From: an uncultured Gammaproteobacteria bacterium
Lineage (GTDB): Bacteria; Patescibacteriota; Microgenomatia; UBA12405; JAHJSD01
Assembly: GCA_964634805.1 (NCBI GenBank)
Contig: CAZWLF010000001.1
Location: forward strand, 1-30,643
Length of the DNA: 30,643 nt
Direction: 5' to 3'
Shown here: in pieces, positions 1 through 8,770 of the stretch
How positions within the stretch are numbered: position 1 is the stretch's first letter
Layout of the letters: every line of letters starts with the position of its first letter
The notes under the pieces: model-generated
Told to the model about the DNA's origin: nothing
What the model saw: the letters and a program-made list of their open reading frames with translations, nothing else
Databases searched by the model: none
Program-made: the position numbers and the translations under genes

Positions 1-62
1 GACTTGAACCGGCGACCTCACGCACCCCATGCGTGCGCGCTAGCCAACTGCGCCAATCCCCG
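1..62 (-). tRNA. tRNA-Pro(GGG), 3' part cut off by the window edge
   Basis: Reverse complement reads CGGGGAT TG GCGC AGTTGGCTA GCGC G CACGC AT GGG GT GCGTG AGGTC GCCGG TTCAAGT C: D arm, anticodon arm with GGG, and T-loop. Confidence 0.95.
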
Positions 63-257
63 TTGAATATCCAAGGCTGAAATATTATATTGCCGAGGTA
101 TTCGGTTGTGTGATTGTACCAAATAGCTCCCTTTAAGTAAATTTTTAACCCCTCATTGATACGATCGTTGAAATGAGCGGTTCAGTTGTTTTTTAATGAT
201 TTTTATGTTAGAAAATAAGAAGAGCGATTAGTTAATTTGAAATCTAAAGAGGAAGGC

Positions 258-1277
258 ATGACCAAACAAAAAGACGAAATTAAGAACAGAAACCAGGCGG
301 TGGAAGCGGCAATGGCGCAAATTGAAAAACAATATGGCAAGGGGGCGATTATGAGAATGGGCGAAAGGCAGAAGAAGCTTAAAATTGACGTCGTTCCTGT
401 CGGTTGCCTTACTTTGGACTTGGCTTTGGGGGTAGGAGGGTTGCCTCGCGGCAGGGTCACTGAGATTTACGGCCCGGAAGCCTCTGGAAAAACGACCGTT
501 TGTCTTCATGTTGTTGCTGAAGCGCAAAGACAAGGCGGGGTGGCTGCTTTTGTTGATGCCGAGCACGCTCTGGATCCGGAAAGAGCCCGGGTAATCGGGG
601 TGGATATTGACAATCTCTTAATTTCCCAGCCGGATACCGGGGAGCAGGCATTAGAAATTGTCGAAACTTTGGTCAGGTCAGGAGGTATTGATGTGATTGT
701 GATAGATTCGGTAGCCGCTTTAGTACCCAAGGCGGAAATAGAAGGACAAATGGGCGATGCCTCTATCGGTGTTCAAGCGAGGCTAATGTCTCAAGCGTTA
801 AGGAAATTGACCGGAGCGATTTCAAAATCGAGAACAGTAGTTATTTTTACTAACCAAATTAGACACAAAATTGGTGTCTTCTTTGGCAACCCGGAAACTA
901 CCTCCGGGGGATTGGCGCTGAAATTCTATTCTTCGGTCAGAATTGACCTAAGGAGAAAAACAGCAATTAAGGATAGCGATGGTCAGGTTATTGGCTCAGT
1001 TCACAAAGCGAGAGTGGTGAAAAATAAAGTGGCTCCTCCGTTCAGAGACGCGGAGTTTGAGATTTTAAACCGGGGTGGAATTTCCAAATCCGGCAGTCTG
1101 CTTGATGCCGCCTTGATTTTTGATCTGGTTAAGCAGAGTGGCGCCTTTTTTAAGTATCACGGGAAAAATATTGGACAAGGAAGAGAAGCAGTCAAGGAGT
1201 TTTTAGATAAAAACGAGAAAACGGCTCAATTACTGAAACAAGAAGTTCTGTCTGCCGCCGATAAGCCTTCCTCGTGA
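258..1277 (+). CDS. recA: Recombinase RecA
   Basis: Contains GPEASGKTT Walker [24 protein letters not shown] and ALKFYSSVR. The ORF opens at 237; ATG 258 follows the SD-like GAGGAAGG. Confidence 0.99.
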   Translation: MTKQKDEIKNRNQAVEAAMAQIEKQYGKGAIMRMGERQKKLKIDVVPVGCLTLDLALGVGGLPRGRVTEIYGPEASGKTTVCLHVVAEAQRQGGVAAFVDAEHALDPERARVIGVDIDNLLISQPDTGEQALEIVETLVRSGGIDVIVIDSVAALVPKAEIEGQMGDASIGVQARLMSQALRKLTGAISKSRTVVIFTNQIRHKIGVFFGNPETTSGGLALKFYSSVRIDLRRKTAIKDSDGQVIGSVHKARVVKNKVAPPFRDAEFEILNRGGISKSGSLLDAALIFDLVKQSGAFFKYHGKNIGQGREAVKEFLDKNEKTAQLLKQEVLSAADKPSS

Positions 1278-1399
1278 TCTTAATTTAAGATGACTGCCAA
1301 GTGATTTAACTCTCGTTGCGTGGTAAAATATTAAGGTTTAAGGAGAAATTATGTTTAATAAAATTTTTCTTCTTTTTAAAGTTTTTAAAGGAGGACTAG

Positions 1400-2917
1400 A
1401 TGATCAATATAATTCCGCGCCGGTTACTCGGTTTCTTTGGTGGGTTCAAAAAGAAAGAGTTGCCTGTTTCTGTTCCCGCACCTTCGCCTTTACCGCTGGA
1501 ACCGCCTCCTCAGGTTGCTCCTGAAAAATTTAAGGCCAAGAAGAAACCTCAACCGGCTAAAAAGTCTTTGGAAGAAAAGAGGATCCTTGATCTTTTGGAG
1601 AGATTAAGGCAAAGGGAGAGAGATTTAGACCTGAGGTTAAAATCGTTGGAAGGAAAGGAACGTTTTCTTCAGGAGAAAGAAACCAGAATAGAAAAGCTGG
1701 AGAGTTCTTTGAGGGAAGATAAAGAGAAATTGAGCGCTCTTCAACTGGAGGAGACCAAAAAGTTAGAGCAGATTTCCGGTCTCGACGAGGACCAGGCCAA
1801 GAACCAAATTACCGATCGGGTTGAAAAACAAATGGTTGGTTGGATCTCAAGAAAAGTAGAAGAGGCTAAAGAGTCGATTAAGACTCAAGAGACAGAGATA
1901 GCTAAAGAAATTTTAGTAGACGCTTTACAGCACGGAGTGGTTGACTGGGTCGCTGAATATACTGTTTCCACGATCCGTTTAGCAGACGAAGAAATCAAGG
2001 GGAGAATCATTGGCCGTGAAGGGAGAAATATCCGCGCTTTTGAGAGGGCCACTGGTGTTGAACTGGAGCTGGATGAAACTAACGACGTCAGGCTTTCTTC
2101 TTTTGATCCGGTCAGAAGGGAAATTGCCAAAATTTCTTTGGAGAAACTAATTCGTGATGGCAGAATTCAGCCTTCAAGAATTGAGGAGGTCGTTTCTCAA
2201 ACCCAAGCACAGATGGACAAAGTTCTCCTTGAAGAAGGAAAAAAGATTTGTCAGGCGGTTGGTGTTTATCATCTGCCAATTGAGCTGGTTAAACTGATCG
2301 GCAAATTTAAATACCGTTTTTCCTATGGTCAAAATCTGGCTCAGCACACAATCGAGGAAACCAGAATTGGGGTTGCTTTGGCTCATGAACTAAGGGCAGA
2401 CGTTAAACTGGTTAGGCTGGGCTGTCTTTTGCATGATATTGGTAAAGTGATCACCGATGAAGAAGGCAGTCACGTAGGCTTGGGGGTTGACTTACTGAAG
2501 CGGTATCAACTACCCGAGAAAGTGATTGCTTGTGTTGCCGAGCACCACGAGGATAAACAGTTTTCCTGTATTGAATCTATCATTGTATGGATTGCCGACG
2601 CCGCCTCCGGCTCCAGGCCCGGTGCCAGATATGAGGCCCACGAAGAGTATCTTAAAAGGATGGAGAACATCGAGGAGATTGTTAAATCTTTTGAGGGTAT
2701 TTCCAGCGTGGCCGCTTATCAAGCTGGCCGGGAGGTTAGGGTAGTTGTCCGGCCGGAAGAAGTTTCTGACAGCGAACTGGTCGTCTTGGTTCAAAAAATG
2801 GCCGAGAGGTTGGACGAGGAAGCTAAGTGGGCAGGGCAGATCAAACTAACCGCAATTAGAGAAACCAGGGCTACTATTACCGCCCCGCTTGTTGACAAGC
2901 AGAGAAAACACCTTTAA
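1400..2917 (+). CDS. rny: Ribonuclease Y (coiled coil, KH and HD domains)
   Basis: KGRIIGREGRNIRAFE (KH), LLHDIGK and HH (HD), and DAASGSRPGAR. SD GGAGG upstream. The recA-rny order is common. Confidence 0.97.
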   Translation: MINIIPRRLLGFFGGFKKKELPVSVPAPSPLPLEPPPQVAPEKFKAKKKPQPAKKSLEEKRILDLLERLRQRERDLDLRLKSLEGKERFLQEKETRIEKLESSLREDKEKLSALQLEETKKLEQISGLDEDQAKNQITDRVEKQMVGWISRKVEEAKESIKTQETEIAKEILVDALQHGVVDWVAEYTVSTIRLADEEIKGRIIGREGRNIRAFERATGVELELDETNDVRLSSFDPVRREIAKISLEKLIRDGRIQPSRIEEVVSQTQAQMDKVLLEEGKKICQAVGVYHLPIELVKLIGKFKYRFSYGQNLAQHTIEETRIGVALAHELRADVKLVRLGCLLHDIGKVITDEEGSHVGLGVDLLKRYQLPEKVIACVAEHHEDKQFSCIESIIVWIADAASGSRPGARYEAHEEYLKRMENIEEIVKSFEGISSVAAYQAGREVRVVVRPEEVSDSELVVLVQKMAERLDEEAKWAGQIKLTAIRETRATITAPLVDKQRKHL

Positions 2918-2968
2918 AATGCAATTAATTAAGCATTGGTTGTTTTAGAAGGAGGTGGGGATAACTAA

Positions 2969-3241
2969 ATGACCAAAAGAGAGTTGATAGAGATTTTAGC
3001 AAAGAAAACTAAACTTACTAAAAGAGCGGCCAAAGAGATTGTTGAAGCTTTTTTGGCAGAGATAGGCAAGGCCCTTTCCCGTGGCGAAAAAGTTAAGCTT
3101 TCTGGCTTCGGCGTCTTTTTTACTAAGCTTTTTAAGAAAAAAATGGTTTCGCCGATCGGAGGAGGAAAAAAGAAGTCGATTAGTTCTCGTCGGATGCCTA
3201 GATTCACTCCGGGAACGGCTTTAAAGAGAGCAGTAAGATAA
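2969..3241 (+). CDS. hup: HU family DNA-binding protein
   Basis: MTKRELI..., GEKVKLSGFGVF and PRFTPGTALK. Strong SD AAGGAGGT. Confidence 0.95.
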   Translation: MTKRELIEILAKKTKLTKRAAKEIVEAFLAEIGKALSRGEKVKLSGFGVFFTKLFKKKMVSPIGGGKKKSISSRRMPRFTPGTALKRAVR

Positions 3242-3259
3242 AACGGTTTTTAGGATAAA

Positions 3260-3296
3260 CTCAAGAAACCCCGATTTTTAAGATCGGGTTCTTGAG
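3260..3296 (+). terminator. Stem-loop after HU, likely terminator
   Basis: CTCAAGAA..CCGAT / ATCGGGTTCTTGAG inverted repeat just after the stop; no clear U-tract. Confidence 0.55.
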
Positions 3297-3317
3297 TATA
3301 TCCGCTTGTTACCACCG

Positions 3318-4301
3318 ATGAGCTTAATAGTTGCTTCTAACTTAAAAAAATACTACCGAGTCTACCAGAAAGAGCCAGGTCTTAAAGGGTCAATCAAGTC
3401 GCTTTTTGTCAGAAAGTATCAACAGGTAAAAGCGTTGGATGGGGTTAATTTTAAAATTGAGGAAGGCGAGCTGGTTGGCTTCATCGGACCTAACGGCGCC
3501 GGTAAAACGACCACTTTGAAATGCTTGTCCGGCCTGCTTTATCCGGACGAAGGTTTCGTTTCTGTTTTGGGCTTTAACCCCTGGCAAAGAAAAGCGGAAT
3601 TTTTAAAACAGATCGCTTTTGTTATGGGGCAGAAAAACTTGCTTTGGTGGGATTTACCGCCAATAGAAACTTTTTTGCTCAATAAAGAAATCTACTCTGT
3701 TCCTAAAAGAGACTTTGATCTGGTTTTGGAAGAGATGGTAGGTCTTTTATCAGTCGGCGATATTATCAGGATACCAACCAGGAAATTATCCCTTGGGGAG
3801 AGGATGAAATGTGAACTAATTGCCGCCTTGCTTCATCGGCCTAAGGTTTTGTTTTTGGATGAGCCGACGATCGGGCTGGATGTGGTGATGCAAAAGAAAA
3901 TCAGAGATTTTATCAAAACCTATAATGAAAGATACCGGGCGGCGATAATTCTTACCTCTCACTATATGGGTGATGTTCAGCAATTGGCCAAAAGGGTTAT
4001 TATTATCGACAAAGGGGTGATTGTTTTTGATGGGGAACTGGCCGAGATTACTAAAAAATACGCTGACCATAAATTGATTTCGGTGGTTTTTTCCAAAAAA
4101 GTTCTCAAAAAGGATCTTAAAAAAATCGGTGAAATCAAGGAGTTTGCCTTTCCTAAGGTTATTTTAGCGGTAAAGAAAGGGGTTGCTCCCTTAGCCGCCT
4201 CGGAGCTTTTGAAAAGTTTCCCGGTTGAAGACTTAAATATTGAAGAGCCGCCGATTGAAGAAATCATCAGGGAGCTTTTTACCGGCAGGGACTATGCATG
4301 A
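3318..4301 (+). CDS. ABC-2-type exporter ATP-binding subunit
   Basis: GPNGAGKTT, LSLGERMK signature, FLDEPT and H-loop LTSH. The ORF opens at TTG 3306; ATG 3318 chosen. Confidence 0.95.
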   Translation: MSLIVASNLKKYYRVYQKEPGLKGSIKSLFVRKYQQVKALDGVNFKIEEGELVGFIGPNGAGKTTTLKCLSGLLYPDEGFVSVLGFNPWQRKAEFLKQIAFVMGQKNLLWWDLPPIETFLLNKEIYSVPKRDFDLVLEEMVGLLSVGDIIRIPTRKLSLGERMKCELIAALLHRPKVLFLDEPTIGLDVVMQKKIRDFIKTYNERYRAAIILTSHYMGDVQQLAKRVIIIDKGVIVFDGELAEITKKYADHKLISVVFSKKVLKKDLKKIGEIKEFAFPKVILAVKKGVAPLAASELLKSFPVEDLNIEEPPIEEIIRELFTGRDYA

Positions 4302-5080
4302 AAAAATATTTGGCGATAGCGAAGTTAAGTTTTCAGGAGGATTTGGCCTATCGGAGTAACTTCTTTTTCTATTTTTGGGATCAGACGCTTTCTTTTTTGG
4401 TTCAGGTTTTGCTCTGGACAATTGTTTTTAAAGAATCTGAATCAATTGCCGGCTTTGATTTTAACGGTATTCTTCAGTACTTTATTATCGTTAAGCTGAT
4501 TCAAATTTTTACAGTTAGCAGAATTGCCTATGTTTTGGGGGATTTAATTATCAGTGGCGATCTATCCCGTTTTTTGCTTCGGCCCTGGTCGTTCTTTTGG
4601 GCGATGTTTTCGAGGCAGCTGGGTAAAAAATCTTATCGTTTTTTTTATCTTTCATTAGTAATCGGCGTGTTGTTTTTCTTAGATCTGCTTCAGCTTGGCT
4701 GGTTCAAAATTTTAGTTTTCATAGCGATGCTGATTAATATTTCGGTCCTCACTTTTCTTTACAGTTTTAATTTGGGCGCTTTGGCTTTCTGGGCTACTAA
4801 TATCACTTCTCTGATTTGGTTTTTTCAGCAAATTGCCGATTTTCTTGGGGGAGGCTGGCTGCCGGCTTCGTTTTTTCCGGTTTGGGCTTCCGCTTTAATT
4901 AGAAAACTCCCGTTTTATCTTGCCTTGGGATTTCCGGCGGAATTTTTCCAAGGAAGGGTTGAACCGGCGGCGGCTTTACTCGGTATCGGCCAGCAGTTAA
5001 TTTGGATCGTGGTTCTTTTCTTTTTAACCGCCCTAATTTGGGGAAAGGGGGTAAAGCAATATGAAGCGGTCGGCGATTGA
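4298..5080 (+). CDS. ABC-2 family permease
   Basis: About six hydrophobic segments, GDLSRFLLRP motif, ATGA overlap with the ATPase. Confidence 0.85.
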   Translation: MKKYLAIAKLSFQEDLAYRSNFFFYFWDQTLSFLVQVLLWTIVFKESESIAGFDFNGILQYFIIVKLIQIFTVSRIAYVLGDLIISGDLSRFLLRPWSFFWAMFSRQLGKKSYRFFYLSLVIGVLFFLDLLQLGWFKILVFIAMLINISVLTFLYSFNLGALAFWATNITSLIWFFQQIADFLGGGWLPASFFPVWASALIRKLPFYLALGFPAEFFQGRVEPAAALLGIGQQLIWIVVLFFLTALIWGKGVKQYEAVGD

Positions 5081-5882
5081 ATTTAAAGATGACTGGCTCC
5101 ACTCTTTCAGGGTCTACTTAGTTTGGGCTCGAATGATTTGGCTAAGGCACTTAGTTTATCGCTTTAATTCTATTTTTAACTCTTTAGGATCGATTTTTTG
5201 GGTTGCCGGAAGCCTGTTAATGCTTAATTTTATTTTTCAGAAAGTTCGCTCTCTGGCTGGCTGGGATTGGCATAGTATGTTGGTTCTTTACGGTGTTTAT
5301 AATCTCTGGTGGGGGGTAATGGTCGCTTTTTTCAATGGCGGTTTGGCGATCAACTGGCGGGTTAGAAGAGGCTCGTTAGACAAAATCATGCTTTGGCCGG
5401 GAAAAGTCTTTTTTTACGCCTCAATGAAATTTGAGCCGGAGCTTTTAATTCACTTTTTGTTTGGGCTGATAGTTTTGGTCGCCGCGCTAATTAAGTCCGG
5501 ATTAACAATTTCAATATCCAACCTGGGCCCTTTTATCCTTTTGATCTTTAACAGCTGGCTGTTGGTATTTTTTATTTCAATTATTTTTGGCGCGACCGCC
5601 TTCTGGTTTATTGAAAATTCGTATTTGACCAACCTGTTTTGGGTTTTTGAATCTTTGGCAAAATATCCCCGCCAGTTCTTTATTCCCTATAAATTTCTTT
5701 ACCTAGCGGTCTACACTGTTTTGCCGGTCGTTTTTATCGCCGCAGTGCCGACCGAGGTTATCTTAGGCCGGCCTAACTGGTTCTTGGCGGCCGGGTCTTT
5801 CTTGGCTACCTTAGTAGCCGCCTTTTTGGCCCAAACCGTTTGGCGTATCGGTTTGAGAAGGTATTCCGGCGTTTCAATCTAA
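5061..5882 (+). CDS. ABC-2 family permease (second subunit)
   Basis: Hydrophobic, GSLDKIMLWP and AKYP motifs; paralogous to the preceding permease. Confidence 0.85.
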   Translation: MKRSAIEFKDDWLHSFRVYLVWARMIWLRHLVYRFNSIFNSLGSIFWVAGSLLMLNFIFQKVRSLAGWDWHSMLVLYGVYNLWWGVMVAFFNGGLAINWRVRRGSLDKIMLWPGKVFFYASMKFEPELLIHFLFGLIVLVAALIKSGLTISISNLGPFILLIFNSWLLVFFISIIFGATAFWFIENSYLTNLFWVFESLAKYPRQFFIPYKFLYLAVYTVLPVVFIAAVPTEVILGRPNWFLAAGSFLATLVAAFLAQTVWRIGLRRYSGVSI

Positions 5883-5886
5883 AAGA

Positions 5887-6861
5887 ATGAGAAAAATTTT
5901 AGTAATCTGCGGCCCGACGGCGACCGGAAAGACCTCTTTTGGGGTAACTTTGGCTAAGAAATTTAACGGTGAGATTATTTCTGCCGATTCCCGCCAGGTT
6001 TATCAAGGCTTGGATATCGGTACCGGAAAGGATTTTGATAAAAAATCAAAGTTCAAATATCAAAAATCAAAAATAAAGCAAGGGAGTCAAAAATTTAAGA
6101 TTGGTTGGCATCCGATCGATGGTGTTCCGGTTTGGCTTTTAGACATCGTTTCTCCGAAGGTTCAATTTAATGTTTCCGACTGGCGGTCTTGCGCCGATTT
6201 GGCCATTGAAGATATCTGGTCCAGAAACAAACTGCCGATTGTTGTTGGCGGCGCCGGTTTTTACATTAAAGCCTTGATCGGGGGCGTTGAAACTTTGAAT
6301 ATTCCTCCAAACTTGAAATTGAGGAAAAAATTAGCTCAACTTTCTTTGTCCGGTCTGCAAGGGAGATTGAAAGAAATTAGTCCGGGAAGTTTCGAAAAAA
6401 TGAATCCTTCCGACCGGGCTAATCCAAGAAGACTAATTAGAAAAATAGAAATCAGTTTGGCGACGCTTAAAAAACCGCGCCTAGCCAAGACCAAGAACGG
6501 TATAAACTTTTTGTCAATAGGTCTAACCGCGCCGAGAAAAATAATTTATCAAAGAATAGATTTACGCGTAAAGAATAGGCTTAAGATGGGATTGATTAAT
6601 GAAATAAAAACTCTTTTGGCTAAAGATTTTTCTTGGGATGACCCGGGAATGAATACCTTAGCTTATCAAGAGTTTCGGCCCTTTTTAGAAGGAGAAAAAT
6701 CTTTTGAAGAGGCGGCCGGGAGGTGGTTTTTAGACGAGTGCCATTATGCCAAAAGACAGCAGACTTGGTTTAAAAAACAAAAGGGAATCTACTGGTTTGA
6801 TGTTTCTAAAAAAGGGATTCAATCTAAAATAGTAAAGTTAGTTGAAAGGTGGTATATTTAA
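5887..6861 (+). CDS. miaA: tRNA dimethylallyltransferase
   Basis: GPTATGKT, ISADSRQVY, DIGTGK, VGGAGFY, NPRRLIR and YAKRQQTWF. Confidence 0.97.
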   Translation: MRKILVICGPTATGKTSFGVTLAKKFNGEIISADSRQVYQGLDIGTGKDFDKKSKFKYQKSKIKQGSQKFKIGWHPIDGVPVWLLDIVSPKVQFNVSDWRSCADLAIEDIWSRNKLPIVVGGAGFYIKALIGGVETLNIPPNLKLRKKLAQLSLSGLQGRLKEISPGSFEKMNPSDRANPRRLIRKIEISLATLKKPRLAKTKNGINFLSIGLTAPRKIIYQRIDLRVKNRLKMGLINEIKTLLAKDFSWDDPGMNTLAYQEFRPFLEGEKSFEEAAGRWFLDECHYAKRQQTWFKKQKGIYWFDVSKKGIQSKIVKLVERWYI

Positions 6862-6878
6862 AAAGGAAGTATACTGCT

Positions 6879-7874
6879 ATGGCCAAAGAAACTCAAAATA
6901 TCGAAATCTCCAGAAAGACGGTTGTTTTTCTGGCTCTCTTTTTAATCTTAGCTTGGTTTTTATACCAGATAAAAGATATTTTGCTGGCCCTTTTTATCGC
7001 TCTGATTTTGGTAGGCGCTCTTAATCCTTTAGTAACCAGGTTAGAGGACAAGGGGATTGCCCGCTGGTCGGCAATTTTCTTTTTCTATTCATTAATACTA
7101 GTAGTTTTGCTCTTGGTAATCGCCGGGCTAGTTCCTCCCTTGGTTGAGCAAACCGGGCTTTTGGTTCAGGCAATTGTCAGTCTTTCCGGCAAACTTTCCT
7201 TTTTGGGCCTCTCTTCAGAAATTTTGCAATCCCAGCTTCAGAGTTTGGGCAGTTTACCTTCCCAGATAGTAAAGTTAGTTTTTTCTGCCTTCTCAAACCT
7301 AGCCGCGATCTTAGCCATTTTGGTAACCACTTTTTATCTGCTTTTGGAACATAAAAACATAGATCGTTACCTTTTCTCCGTTTTCGGCGCCAAGGGAAAA
7401 GATAAAGCCAAGGCGATAGTTGAGAGGTTGGAAGAAAAAATGGGCAGCTGGGTTCGGGCCCAATTACTTTTGATGACCATCATCGGCCTGCTTTCTTATT
7501 TGGGTTTTAGGCTTTTGGGGTTAAAATTCGCTCTTCCGCTGGCGATTTTAGCCGGGTTTTTGGAGCTGGTACCCAACATTGGGCCGACCATTGCCGCTGT
7601 TCCGGCTGTTTTGGTTGGTTTGATGGTTTCGCCTTTAGTGGCTTTTTTAACCCTGGCCTGGTGTCTTGTTATCCAACAACTGGAAAACAGTTTAATTGTT
7701 CCCAAGTTAATGCAGAAGTCGGTTGGGGTCAATCCTTTAATAACAATCTTGTCTTTGGCAGTGGGCTTTAAATTGGCCGGGATTAAAGGGGCAGTTTTGG
7801 CAGTGCCGATCTATTTGGCGGTGGAGACCCTCTGGTTGGAACGGACGTTTTTTAAAAAAACCAAAGGTGAGTAA
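6879..7874 (+). CDS. AI-2E family transporter
   Basis: Multi-TM protein with ELVPNIGP, QQLENSLIVPKLM and VNPLITILSL motifs. ATG 6879 follows AAGGAAG. Confidence 0.93.
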   Translation: MAKETQNIEISRKTVVFLALFLILAWFLYQIKDILLALFIALILVGALNPLVTRLEDKGIARWSAIFFFYSLILVVLLLVIAGLVPPLVEQTGLLVQAIVSLSGKLSFLGLSSEILQSQLQSLGSLPSQIVKLVFSAFSNLAAILAILVTTFYLLLEHKNIDRYLFSVFGAKGKDKAKAIVERLEEKMGSWVRAQLLLMTIIGLLSYLGFRLLGLKFALPLAILAGFLELVPNIGPTIAAVPAVLVGLMVSPLVAFLTLAWCLVIQQLENSLIVPKLMQKSVGVNPLITILSLAVGFKLAGIKGAVLAVPIYLAVETLWLERTFFKKTKGE

Positions 7875-8206
7875 GCCAGATTCTGTTCTTCCGAATCTTC
7901 AAAGAAACTCGGAATAAGTTCATCTATCTAATGCTCTCTACCTGGCGCTTTGCCCCAAAGTTTTGGGGGTAGAGGGAGGCTCTCGGCGCCTTTTTGAGAT
8001 TGCTCAAGGGAGGGTTGCCCGTTTCACTTCATCTACCTAAGCGTATAAGCTTTTGGCGGAATCTTCGTCACTGTGGCCCTATCTCTTCCCGACTTTTTAA
8101 AGTCAGGAGTTCCATCTTGCGGTGGAACACCTTTGCCTCCGCGAGTCTGGACTTTCCTCCCACCTAAATATGAAATTTTTGGCGGGCGAACTTTCCTGAC
8201 CTTTGG
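7861..8206 (-). ncRNA. rnpB: RNase P RNA, reduced bacterial type A
   Basis: The minus strand has GAGGAAAGUCCAGACUC (CR-I), GCCACAGUGA, GUGAAACG, GAGCAA, AGAUGAA and ACAGAAUCUGGCUUA (CR-V). P1 is CCAAAGGU/ACCUUUGG. Confidence 0.95.
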
Positions 8207-8213
8207 TGGCTCG

Positions 8214-8242
8214 ATTATACTACAATTATAGGATATATTCAA
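8214..8242 (-). promoter_or_regulatory. Sigma70-type promoter of rnpB
   Basis: TTGAAT-17 nt-TATAAT on the minus strand, ending 7 nt before P1. Confidence 0.8.
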
Positions 8243-8388
8243 GGTTCGGTTTTATTGGCTGGAACTGGAATTATAGATAGCGCGGTTATTAGTTTCTAAG
8301 AAACGGTGAACCAGTTTTAAAACTGCCTATTGTCGTCATTTTTGAACTTTTACCCTGTCGCATCACTGGGGTGTTTAGAATCCAGCTT

Positions 8389-8444
8389 GTCATTCTGAAT
8401 TTAATTCAGAATCTATATAGATTCCGGGTCAAGCCCGGAATGAC
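8389..8444. repeat. GTCATT...AATGAC paired-hairpin palindromic repeat
   Basis: GTCATTCTGAA-tttaa-TTCAGAATCT atat AGATTCCGGG-tcaag-CCCGGAATGAC. A degenerate copy follows at about 8469-8502. Confidence 0.8.
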
Positions 8445-8546
8445 AGAAAGAACCCCGGATCACGACAGTCATCCGACGTCGCGTTAAGCCCGGAATGATG
8501 TTTAGATAAGGTTTTGAAACAAGTGCGGTGTTTTGATTTAAGGGGG

Positions 8547-8703
8547 TTAACTCAGTAAGAACCCATCTGAGGCTTGGTCTGTTTCTGGTACGACCCCCAA
8601 GCAATCCTGGCCGCATCGCCTGGTTTTAGGCCTCTGGTTGCCCAAGGGCGGCCTTCTTAGCTTGGATATTATTGCTCGGGACAGAGTCATCATATTGAGT
8701 TAA
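8547..8703 (-). ncRNA. Candidate structured ncRNA, 6S (ssrS)-like
   Basis: The ends pair (UUAACUCAAUA/UACUGAGUUAA). Stems CCCGAGC/GCUUGGG and GGCCGC/GCGGCC flank an A/U-rich bubble, and there is a GCCUAAAAC motif and a GCAA tetraloop hairpin. Confidence 0.4.
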
Positions 8704-8770
8704 AAATATTCCCAGTGTCCTTCTTGCCGCCGCCAAAAGGCTCTATCTACTTGGCCATTTTAATAACACG

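Noticed and set aside
61-257. LexA/SOS box upstream of recA
   Set aside because: No match to CTGT-N8-ACAG or GAAC-N4-GTTC.
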